The notes below the pieces were generated by a model, which searched no databases, was not told the DNA's origin, and saw only the letters and a list, made by a program, of their open reading frames with translations. A stretch of DNA of 20,665 nt, from positions 1 to 20,665 of the forward strand of contig NW_021824019.1 in NCBI RefSeq assembly GCF_006345805.1, given 5' to 3'. This document shows, one piece after another, positions 9,870 to 19,492 of this stretch. The position numbers were made by a program, and so were the translations under genes. This stretch comes from Octopus sinensis (lineage: Eukaryota). Every line of letters starts with the position of its first letter. Position 1 is the first letter of the stretch.

Positions 9870-9921
9870 AACATATATATATATTATAATATATATATAT
9901 ATATTATATATATATATATAT

Positions 9922-10706
9922 ATTTAGCAATTAAGGACAACTACTTAATAAGGAAAACTTAACAAGAAATTGTCATAAGAGAAAAATTTCGAAAATAATT
10001 ATTTCTTATTCAACATATAATTTATATATAGAGGGTATTATACATCCATGCCAGATGGCATTATACATACATGCCACACGCTAAGAGGGACATTTAGTCA
10101 TTTCTACCAAAATATTACTAATCCCACCGAATGCAATTTTTCAAAGTAAGACATTTAAAAAATATTAGTAATATTTTTGGTAGAAATGACTAAATGTCCC
10201 TCTTAGCGTGTGGCATGTATGTATAATGCCATCTGGCATGGATGTATAATGCCCTCTATATATAAATTAATATGTTGAATAAGAAAAATTATTTTCAAAA
10301 TTTTTTCTCTTATGAGGTTTTCACGCTATCTACCTGACAATTTCTTGTTAAGTTTTCCTTATTAAGTAGTTGTCCTAATTGCTAAATTTTTATTCCGAAA
10401 AAACTTTCCTTTCCCGAAATGCAATTCGTAAAAGTCCGCATTTACAGGATGTAATATATGTAAACTCACCCATGTGCTTCGTTGATGTTGATCAGTTAGC
10501 TGATCGGCTTAAGCGAGGCAGGGTCGTTTATGTATGATACATCCAGGCCTGCTGATGAATACGTAAGTATGAAATCACTGTGATACAGGTTATATATTTT
10601 TTAAATGTCTTACTTTGAAAAATTGCATTCGGTGGGATTAGTATATTTTTGGTAGAAATGACTAAATGTCCCTCTTTAGGTGTGGCATGTATGTATAATG
10701 CCATCT
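9922..10706 (+). mobile_element. Penelope-like / retrozyme-like non-coding element: ~472-bp unit with 70-bp direct repeats plus an inverted partial copy, in (TA)n
   Basis: Direct repeats at 10164-10234 and 10637-10706 (offset 472-473). Segment 9922-10165 is an inverted copy spanning the unit junction. Hammerhead motif at 10546-10591. (TA)n on both flanks. The family assignment is an inference from this architecture. Confidence 0.7.
10546..10591 (+). ncRNA. Minimal type I hammerhead ribozyme
   Basis: Stem I GCCTG(10547-51)/CAGGT(10586-90). Core CTGATGA 10552-58. Stem II ATAC/GTAT with a GTAA loop. GAAA 10571-74. Stem III ATCAC-T-GTGAT. Cleavage triplet AUA, with the cut predicted after A10585. 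Confidence 0.85.
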
Positions 10707-10725
10707 ATATATAAATATATATATA

Positions 10726-10766
<41 letters not shown>

Positions 10767-11311
10767 AATAACAACAGCAATATTTATGATAAAAATTTAT
10801 TTTTACCATTAGAAATTACTTAATGTCAATTGTTTCATTGCTTAATAAACACATACAGATAATTTATTTTATTATATTCTATAATGAGAAATAAATTACT
10901 TACATACTTACATGTCCGCATTAATATACATACAATCGTTAGATTAATGCAGATATCAAGCTAGCTCTTCAGGTTAAAAGAAATCCACGTTAAAAATAAT
11001 ATCTTAACATTATGTTTCAGAAACACATAGTCAATATTTAATGCTGACGTATAACTAATTTATTATTAATAAAATATAACATAAATTATCTATACATATT
11101 TTTCCTTAATCTACGTAACTATTATTGTTAAATAAAAATTTCCAATGGTGAAAGGAATTCTATCAGAATACATTTCTCTCATTACTCATAATTCTATACA
11201 TTCCTCATGCTTCGCTTTGTATTGTACTATGGATGCTGTGTTTTGTAAAAAGATGAATTTAGGAGCTTTGTTTATGAGTACCACGAGATTACTTGAATCC
11301 ATATACTGTGA

Positions 11312-11633
11312 CATCATCATCATCATCATCATCGTTTAGCGTCCGCTTTCCATGCTAGCATGGGTTGGATGGTTCAACTGGGGTCTTGGAAGCCAGAAGG
11401 CTGCACCAGGCCCAGTCTGATCTGGCAGTGTTTCTACGGCTGGATGCCCTTCCTAACACCAACCACTCCATGAGTGTAGTGGGTGCTTTTTACATGCCAC
11501 CGGCACAGGTGCCAGACGAGTCTGGTAAACGGCCACGATCGGATGGTGCTTTTTATGTGCCACCGGCACAGGGGCCTGGTGAGGCTGGCAACGGCCACGA
11601 ACGGATGATGCTTTTTACGTGCCACCGGCACGG
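11312..11633 (-). mobile_element. RTE-LINE-type 3' UTR/tail fragment with three ~62-bp modules
   Basis: (CAT)n tail and the motif GCTGGATGCCCTTCCTAAC. (G/A)TGCCACCGGCAC occurs at 11494, 11557 and 11619. Confidence 0.8.
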
Positions 11634-11679
11634 GATTTTATATCATCATCGTAAATTTATATCATGACATAAATTTATA

Positions 11680-12018
11680 TCATCATCATCATCGTCATTT
11701 AACGTCCGCTTACCATTCTGGTATGGGTCAGACAGTTTGACTGGAACTGGTAAGGCAAGAAGCTGCACAAGGTTCCAGTCTGATTTGGTAAGCTTTCTGT
11801 GGCTAGATGTCCTTCCTAATTTCCTAACGCCAACCACTCCAAGAATGTAGTGGGTGCTTTTGATGTGCCACCAGCACAGATGCCATTTACATGGCACCGG
11901 CAATGGCCAATGCTATGGTTTCGCTTGGCTTGACAAGTCTTCTCAAGCACAGCAAATCGCCAAAGGACTTGGTCCCTTGTGGTCACCTCCATGAGGCCCA
12001 GCATTTGAAGATCATGCT
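11680..12018 (-). mobile_element. RTE LINE 3' end including the ORF C-terminus
   Basis: The minus strand encodes HDLQMLGLMEVTTRDQVLWRFAVLEKTCQAK, resembling the RTE C-terminal D-R-x-x-W-R motif. It is followed by the same 3' UTR and (GAT)n tail as 11312-11633. Confidence 0.8.
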
Positions 12019-12184
12019 ACTGGCAACGACCACAATTACACGATTTCACGAGGGTTATTTACATGACACCGCCAACAGTCACAAATATATATAAAAGCAT
12101 CGTAACTAAATTTGGGAGACAGGAAATTAAAAAAAAACCCCCATCATTTCTACAGGGTGTCCCAGAAGTTGCGCACCATTCTGA

Positions 12185-12373
12185 TTTTCATCCTTTCGGG
12201 GTCGATTAAATAAGTACCAGTTATACACTGGGGTTGATATAATCAACTTAATCTGTTTGTTTGTCCTTGTTTGTAGCCCCTTGTGGGCAGTAAAGAAAAA
12301 AGTAGCTTGCTAGCTTACCAACCACATGGTCCTGGGTTCAGTCTCACTGCATGGCACCTTGGGCAAGTGTCTT
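12185..12373 (+). mobile_element. SINE A 3' half joined to a SINE B head fragment
   Basis: 12185-12300 matches 16205-16340. 12301-12373 matches the reverse complement of the SINE B head. Confidence 0.8.
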
Positions 12374-12439
12374 TTAAAGCATTTTATTTTATTATATTTT
12401 TTCTGCATGTTTTATTGTAGAGGGTGCTCAATTTGAGCA

Positions 12440-12839
12440 TTTACTCTTTTACTTGTTTCAGTCATTTGACTGCGGCCATGCTGGAGCACCGCCTTTAGTC
12501 GAGCAAATCGACCCCGGGACTTATTCTTTTTTGTAAGCCCAGTACTTATTCTATCGGTCTCTTTTGCCGAACCACTAAGTGACGGGAACGTAAACACACC
12601 AGCATCGGTTGTCAAGCAATGCTAGGGGGACAAACACAAACACACACATACACACACATATATATATACATACACATATAAGACAGGCTTCTTTCAGTTT
12701 CCGTCTACCAAATCCACTCACAAGGCATTGGTCGGCCCGGGGCTATAGCAGAAGACACTTGCCCAAGATGCCACGCAGTGGGACTGAACCCGGAACCATG
12801 TGGTTGGTTAGCAAGCTACTTACCACACAGCCACTCCTG
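12440..12839 (-). mobile_element. Near full-length SINE family B
   Basis: Head GGAGTGGCTGTGTGGTAAGTAGC...GGGTTCAGTCCC, CORE-like CTTGGGCAAGTGTCTT, central (CA/TA)n, and AGTAAAAGAGTAAA tail. Confidence 0.92.
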
Positions 12840-13000
12840 TTTCGATTAATTTCAATAAAGTGTTTCTGAAATCAATAAGGGTGTATTCTTTTAAAAAACC
12901 AGGGTGGTGACCGACTTCTGGGACACCCTGTATATATGTATGAGTGTGTGTGGTGTGTGTGTGTGTGTGTGTGTGTTGTGTGTGTGTGTCCATGCATTCA

Positions 13001-13246
13001 TGTATATCCTTGTCTTGACATTATATGCTAATTGTAAATGAATTTCACTGATACACAAGCAGTGATGTTGGTTTATAGGAATCCCAAAGCTGTATCTGGT
13101 GTAGGGAGGAATATATATATTACCTTGCTTGAAAACAGTTGAGGGTTAGTAACAGGAAGAGCATCCAGGACGAGAGAATCTGCCTCAACCACACTTTCGT
13201 CACTCGTACAAGCGTGGAAAAGTGAAAGTAAGTGATGACAGTAATG

Positions 13247-13278
<32 letters not shown>

Positions 13279-13402
13279 GATGATGATGGTAATGCCAATG
13301 TTAACGATGATGATGATGGCGATGATAATGTTGATGGCAATGATGATGATCATGATGGTGATGCTGATGATGAAGAAGAAGAAGAAGAGGAGGAAGAAGA
13401 GG
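13001..13402 (+). mobile_element. Diverged SINE/LINE tail with RTE-like end, extended into (GAT)n and (GAA)n
   Basis: GGTTAGTAACAGGAAGAGCATCCAG resembles the reverse complement of GCTGGATGCCCTTCCTAAC. The tail runs into GAT repeats. Confidence 0.6.
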
Positions 13403-13943
13403 AGATATGTAGCTATTTAGCTCTCAACCGATTCTTATTCCTCTATCCCTTGATATGTATACATTTCTGTTTCTCAAACTATAAAACAATTGATCTGCAT
13501 CTCTCTATATCTATCTACACACACACACACACACACACACGTGTGCATGTGTGTGTACAGTTACACACATACACACCCATGCACCCATATATACATTTCT
13601 TTGTACATGCAAATGTATAAATAAAGCAAGTAGTTATTAGTTTATATATAAAATATATCACATACATATGTATGGATGGATACAGGGGTGTATGTGTGTG
13701 TATATGTGTGTGTATGTGTGTGTGTGTATACACATCTTTCTTTGAATTTTAACCATTTCAAAAGCATTGCATAAGTGAGTCTATACACCCATTTATCTTA
13801 CTTTTTATATACATGTAGATATGCTGTACCATTCCATATCTTGTCTAGTGATCTAAACAGATGTGTGTGTCTGTGTGTCCGTGTGTGCATGCCTGTGTAC
13901 ATATGTATGCACATATATACATTTACACACATGTACATACATA

Positions 13944-14162
13944 TACAAGGGCATGTTGAAAAGTTCCTTGCTTTAGGTAACAGAAAATACAGGAGGATCA
14001 GTTAATTAGGGCTTTATTCATCATATTTCCCTTTCAGATTCACACACTTATCGCAGTGGTCCTTCAGTTTTTCAAAGATCTGCAAAAGAATTCACAATGT
14101 TGGGCCTACAACAAGGCCTTTCGCAATACCCTTAATGCCAAGAACTTTTCAGTAGCCCCTAA
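13944..14162. mobile_element. Mariner-type MITE, copy 2
   Basis: Colinear with 8101-8322 (GAAAATACAGGAGGATCAGTTAATTA is shared). Confidence 0.85.
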
Positions 14163-14194
14163 ATCAAACCACAATTAAATCGAAATTGTAATTG

Positions 14195-14533
14195 TGGCTG
14201 ATGCTAGTGTCGCCTGATTGGCTCCCATGCTGGTGGCATGCAATAAGCGCTATTCATGCATGGGTCATTGCCAGTGGTGCCTAACTGACTCTCCATGCCA
14301 CTGGCATGGAAAAAGTCCCCTTGCAACAACTGGTTCCTGTGCTGGTGGAATGTAAAAAGCATCCACTCCACTCTCGGAGCGGTTGGTGCTAGGAATTGCA
14401 TCCATTTGTAGAAACATTGCCAGATCAGACTGGAGCTTGGTATGGCCCCCTGGCTTGCCAGATTCCAGTCAAACCAGCCAACCCATGCCAGCATAGAAAA
14501 CAGACGTTAAACGATGATGATAATGATAATGAT
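14195..14533 (+). mobile_element. RTE-type 3' UTR fragment
   Basis: Reverse-complement homology to 11312-11633. Ends GACGTTAAACGATGATGAT. Confidence 0.8.
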
Positions 14534-14541
14534 ATATATAT

Positions 14542-14792
14542 TTCAGTATGGAGCAAATAACTCCATACTGAAGTAAGGGAGATAATTCTTATTAACATTT
14601 AAAAGTTCTTAAAAGGTATTTTCTATTGTTTATAATAATAATAAATCAGGAGATGCCAGAAGTGAATGCATGATGGGAAAAGTCTAATTATTTTTTAATT
14701 AAAAAATTAGACTTTTCCCATGATACACTCACTTCTGGCTTCTCTTGATTTATTATTATTATAAATAATAGAAAATACCTTTTAAGAACTTT
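14542..14792. repeat. Double foldback: 12-bp hairpin (14542-14572) and 191-bp loopless palindrome (14602-14792)
   Basis: TTCAGTATGGAG/CTCCATACTGAA. The long arms are centred on TTTTTTAA|TTAAAAAA with about 6 substitutions and one 3-nt bulge. Confidence 0.92.
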
Positions 14793-14832
14793 GGGACAGC
14801 ACACACACAAATACATACATACATATACATAT

Positions 14833-15139
14833 ATCACGTGATCACGTGGCTGACCAGACCATCAGATGTTGCTACACATCGCTGGTCACAATGCGTTCGC
14901 ATTGTTTTAGCCTTCGAATGACGCCACCCCGCTGGCTAAGCGAGCAGGCCAACAGAAGAAAGAGTGAGAGAAAGAGTGGTGAAAGAGTACAGCAGGGATC
15001 ACCACCCCCTGCCGGAGCCTCGTGGAGCTTTTAGGTGTTTTCGCTCAATAAACACTCACAACGCCCGGTCTGGGAATCGAAACCGCAATCCTACAACCGC
15101 GAGTCCGCTGCCCTAACCACTGGGCCATTGCACCTCCAC
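14833..15139 (-). mobile_element. SINE family E with an alternative 3' tail
   Basis: About 14965-15139 is near-identical to about 7128-7308. The 3' part is unrelated to 6918-7110. Confidence 0.9.
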
Positions 15140-15141
15140 AC

Positions 15142-15174
<33 letters not shown>

Positions 15175-15175
<1 letters not shown>

Positions 15176-15566
15176 CATCATCATCGTTTAATGTCTGTTT
15201 TCCACACTAGCATGGGTTGGACGGTTCAACCGTGGTCTGGGAAGCCAGGAGGCTGCGCCAGGCTCCAGTCTGATCTGGCAGTGTTTCTACAGCTGGATGC
15301 CCTTCCTTAAAGCCAACCACACCGTGAGTGTAGTGGGTGCTTTTTACATGCCACCGGCACAGGTGCCAGGCGAGGCTGGCAATGGCCACAATTGGTTGGT
15401 GCTTATGGGCTTCTTTCAGTTTCTATCTACCAAATCCACCCACAAGGCTTTGGTTGGGCCTGAGGCTATAAGTAGAAAACACTTGCCCAAGGTTCCACGC
15501 AGTGGGACTGAACCCAGAACCAAGTAGTTGGGAAGCAGGCTTCTTACCACATAGCCACTCCTGCAC

Positions 15567-15567
<1 letters not shown>
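15175..15567 (-). mobile_element. SINE B head (15407-15567) fused directly to an RTE 3' UTR (15175-15406)
   Basis: The head matches 12686-12839. The tail matches 11312-11530 with (CAT)n. Confidence 0.82.
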
Positions 15568-15604
<37 letters not shown>

Positions 15605-15929
15605 ACACATAAATGCACGTATATACATATATATTTCTTTACATGTGTGGTCGATATTTGGGTGTTTTTCTACAACTAAACTAATTACTAAAATCGCCAA
15701 TATCTCAATGGAATTATGTTCTTCACAATCTTCATGCATCCAGACAGATTCTTATCGCATTTTGTTCAGGAATGTAACCAATTCTCATTCCTCATCTCTC
15801 ACATAGCTTCACCATTTATAAAGCATGAAGACGTGTTAACCAAAGTTGGACCAAATATTCTATAAGTCACTAAAAAATGGTAAAGTTTTTATATAAAAAG
15901 AAACATAAGTTGAAGACAGTAAAATGAAT

Positions 15930-16050
15930 GGTCGTGTGGTTTAGAGGCTTGCTTTGTAACTACTAGGTTTTAGGTTCAGTAAATGTCTACCACTATAGCC
16001 CCAGGCTGACTAGTGCCTTGTATGTGAATTTGGTGGAAACTGTGCAGGAG
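15930..16050 (+). mobile_element. Degenerate SINE B head
   Basis: GTGTGGTTTAGAGGCTTGCTT...GGTTCAGT...ACTATAGCCCCAGGCTGAC...GAATTTGGTGGAAACTG. Confidence 0.6.
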
Positions 16051-16124
16051 CACATTGCACATGCACATGCGCACACACACACACACACGTGCATGCGCAT
16101 AGGAGCCTTTGTGGCTGCATTGTA

Positions 16125-16589
16125 GCAGCGAGCTGGCAGAAACGTTAGCACGCGGGGCGAAATGCTTAGAGGTATTTCATCTGTCTTTACGTTCTAGGTT
16201 CAAATTCCGCCGAGGTCGACTTTGCCTTTCATCCCTTCGGGGTCGATTAAATAAGTACCAGTTACACACTGGGGTCAATGTAATTGACTTAATCCGTTTG
16301 TCCCCTCTGTGTTTAGCCCCTTGTGGGTAGTAAAGAAATATATAATTAATAAGGTGGTGAGCTGGCAGAATCGTTAGCATGCTGGACGAAATGCTTAGCA
16401 GTATTTCACACATCGTTAGTTTCTGAGTTCAAATTCCGCCAAGGTCGACTTTGCCTTTCATCCTTTTGGATTTGATAAATTAAGTACCAGTTACACACTG
16501 GGGTCGATGTAATCGACTTAATCCATTTGTCTGTCCTTGTTTGTCCTCTCTGTGTTTAGCCCCTTGTGGGTAGTAAAGAAATAGGTATT
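16125..16589 (+). mobile_element. Two head-to-tail SINE family A copies (16125-16340, 16351-16589)
   Basis: Each has GAGCTGGCAGAA, a B box (GTTCAAATTCC) and the central GCCTTTCATCC-TTCGGGGTCGAT-AA-TAAGTACCAG motif. From memory this motif is Meta/MESC-domain-like (unverified). Confidence 0.92.
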
Positions 16590-16661
16590 GTACGAAGCTT
16601 GCTTCCCGACCAAATGATAAAATATGGACCAGTTTATTCAATCAGATACAACCTAAAAAAC

Positions 16662-16715
16662 GGTACCCCATGATGGTCAGAATTGGATGGTACCCTACGA
16701 CGGTCAGAATTGGAT
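16662..16715. repeat. 27-bp direct duplication
   Basis: GGTACCCCATGATGGTCAGAATTGGAT followed by GGTACCCTACGACGGTCAGAATTGGAT. Confidence 0.9.
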
Positions 16716-16749
16716 GATTTCACCACTCTCCACCTGAATGTGTCATTAA

Positions 16750-16955
16750 AATTACATGTGCTGAGTTAATGTGAGTTGTTTGACTTGCTAGAAACAGCAG
16801 CCATATCTCCTTCGAATCACATCTAATATTTTACAAAAGAAAGTACACATTTGATAACATTACTCTCGATATACAAAATGTTATGTCTGGGATACATTTG
16901 ATCATAGGTCTTCTCAGTCAGGACCAGCCTTGGGTTAAACAACAACAACAACAGC
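16750..16955 (+). mobile_element. Probable SINE 3' part ending in (AAC)n
   Basis: Ends GGGTTAAACAACAACAACAAC. Recognised from memory as a common cephalopod repeat; there is no clear second copy in the window. Confidence 0.45.
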
Positions 16956-17224
16956 AACATTACTGATGTAGGTACCAAAGCCCCACTCACCATTAATGAA
17001 GACAAAATCATTATCTAATTTCAAAGTGCTATCAGAAAACTAGTCTTCCTTTGTTTGAAAATATAAGGACACCGATCATTTCATATAGCCAGCTGGAGAC
17101 GATGTCTCCTGGGGCTAAATTACAGCAACATTCATCCTAAACCAGGACTACCATGTTATGTCGGCAAACAATCTTTACTCCAAAATAAAGTACCACTTAA
17201 GTTCTCAAGTTGATATAATCAACC

Positions 17225-17463
17225 TATTTCTTTACTACCCACAAGGGGCTAAACACAGAGGGGACAAACAATGACAGGCAAATGGATTAAGTCAATTATA
17301 TTGATCCCAGTGCATAACTGGTACTTATTTTAATTGATTCCGAAAAGTTGAAAGGCAAAGTCGACCTCGGCAGAATTTGAACTCAGAACGTAGTGGCAGA
17401 CGAAATACCGCTAAGCATTTCACCCAGCGTGGTAACGTTTCTGCCAGCTCACCGCCTTTCAAT
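17225..17463 (-). mobile_element. Full-length SINE family A with a 15-bp TSD
   Basis: TTGATATAATCAACC at 17210-17224 and 17464-17478. Confidence 0.92.
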
Positions 17464-17699
17464 TTGATATAATCAACCATCCCCAACCGTTGCCTAACAT
17501 TTCTGATCATGGGCCTATGTAAGAAATCAACTTAACTGAATTTAATGTTACACTTTTAATTAGATTGATTTGATTGGCTTTTACCAACAAGATACATTTC
17601 TAGACTTAATTTTCACATAGAGGCACACCCACATATCATTTCAATAAACAGTCCAGCCATATTTCCCACTCATTATTTCTGGGAGGGTCACGGAGGGAG

Positions 17700-17908
17700 A
17701 GTCTTCAGGCACCTCCCTAATAGAGTCCTGAGAAAAATTATCTGACCGCCTCCTTCTGGGTCTCTCTTTAGGTCTCTCCTGCTGGTTGGCTCATCTTGAA
17801 AATTCCGTCTTGGGAGTTCTTTCCTGTGACATTCTAATCACATGTCCATAGCACCAGAACTGCGACCTTTCAATTCAGAGAAGTAGGAGGCTTGACCCAA
17901 AGAAACTC
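17700..17908 (-). pseudogene. RTE-clade (Rex3/Expander-like) ORF C-terminal fragment
   Basis: The minus strand reads LLLL*IERSQFWCYGHVIRMSQER...ERPKERPRRRRSDN. This resembles the RTE motif IERSQLRW-GH--RM...R-RGRPR-RW-D. Confidence 0.72.
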
Positions 17909-18397
17909 TTTGATCTCCAAATTAAACACCTTGAAAATCCTTGTCCACCACAATAAGTGGACGGATGCAGCAAATGGCTCTTCGCATATTTATTTTCTAA
18001 ATGGCATTCAGTCAGTTCATTGCAATTATTTCAAAACTCGCATATTTTTACAAACCTCTCGCCGCCACCCCACACTTCCCCCGCCCCCCACATCCTCCAG
18101 CTTTAGAACTTCTGCTCTCAACTATATTCCAACAATATGTTTACAATTGCCCCATTATTCCAATGGAATAATAATATTCAAACATTTCTATTATATATAT
18201 ATTACATTACATTATTAACAAAGACATCATACTTGCCGGCGCTGAAAAGGTAAAAGGAAAAACAAAAAACAAAAACAAATGGCAAACACATTCTCTGGAA
18301 TTATATAAATAGGTCCATTCGTGCTAAAGCTAGCTAGCTTTTTAATTCTACAATTATGTTATAAATGGTTTCCATTTTTGCATAATTTGAGACATAA

Positions 18398-18890
18398 ATG
18401 GAATTTCAAAGACAAAAGTAAAAGTGTAAAGACAGATGTATAATGCTTTTGAAGGTTTAGACTTAAGCATCTTGATGGTGCAGGTAATAAAGTTCTGGTG
18501 AACTATTGTATTCAGGTGTGTGTGTGTGTGGGTGGGAGGAGAGAGAAAGAGAGGACGAAATACATGAAATTACATATGTGTGTGTGTGTGTGTGTGCACC
18601 TATAATATAATTATATATATATGTATACATTATATATAATATATATATATATATATATAGTATACAATTATATAATATATTATATATATATAGGTGCACA
18701 CACACACACAAATATGTAATTTCATGTATTTCGTCTCTCTTTCTCTCTCTCTCCCACCCACACACACACACACCTGAATACAATAGTTCACCAGAACTTT
18801 ATTACCTGCACATCAAGATGCTTAAGTCTAAACCTTCAAAAGCATTATACATCTGTCTTTACACTTTTACTTTTGTCTTTGAAATTCCAT
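18398..18890. repeat. ~490-bp inverted duplication centred on an AT microsatellite
   Basis: Arms of about 200 bp (18398-18604 and 18689-18890). The outer 80 bp are identical; the remaining differences are essentially indels in or next to simple repeats. Confidence 0.95.
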
Positions 18891-18943
18891 ATATATATAT
18901 AGGTGTGAGTGTGCATGTTTCTGCATGTATTTGTGTACATATA

Positions 18944-19302
18944 TATGTATGTATGTGTGTATGTATGTATGTATGTATGTATGTAGTATGTATGTATGTA
19001 TGTATGTATGCATGGCATGCATGTATGGATGTATGTAGTGTGGATGTGTGTATGTATGTATGTAGTATGTAGTGTGTATGTATGTATGTATGTATGTATT
19101 TATGTGTGTATGTATGTATGTATGTATGTAGTATGTATGTATGTATGTATGTGTATGTATGTATGTATGTATGCATGCATGTATTATGTATGTGTGTATG
19201 TATGTATGTATGTATGTATGTATGTATGTATGTATGTGTATGTATGTATGTATGTATGTATGCATGCATGTATGTATGTATGTGTGTGTGTATGTATGTA
19301 TG

Positions 19303-19333
<31 letters not shown>

Positions 19334-19492
19334 GTATGCATGTATGTATGTATGTATGTATGTATGTATGTATGCAAGTATGCATGTATGTATGTATGTA
19401 AGTATGCATGTATGTATGTATGTATGTATGTATGTATGTATGCATGTGTGTATGTATGTGTGTATGTATGTATGTATGTATGTAAGTATGTA
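18944..19492. repeat. (TATG)n microsatellite of ~550 bp, followed by (GT)n at ~19578-19686
   Basis: Direct reading. It explains the YIHT/MYVC ORFs. Confidence 0.97.

Larger units (their letters stand above)
12153..12930. mobile_element. Tc1-type MITE inflated by SINE insertions
   Basis: TA at 12151-2 and 12931-2. TIR CAGGGTGTCCCAGAAGT(TGCG)CACC versus the reverse complement of GGTGACCGACTTCTGGGACACCCTG, with 17 bp perfect. Confidence 0.88.

Noticed and set aside
10966-10972. Second hammerhead core CTGAAGA on the minus strand
   Set aside because: No GAAA follows a stem II, and no stem I or III can be formed.
13120-13620. Acidic D/E-rich ORF and poly-M / poly-I ORFs
   Set aside because: They are translations of the (GAT)n/(GAA)n expansion of a retroelement tail.
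14561-14600. Hammerhead at CTGAAGT-AAGGGAGATAATTCTTA
   Set aside because: Core position A9 is missing and there is no GAAA; at most it is a decayed remnant.
18455-18495. Micro-exon bounded by TTTTGAAG and CAG|GTAATA
   Set aside because: The splice signals are weak, there is no coding evidence, and it lies in a palindrome arm.
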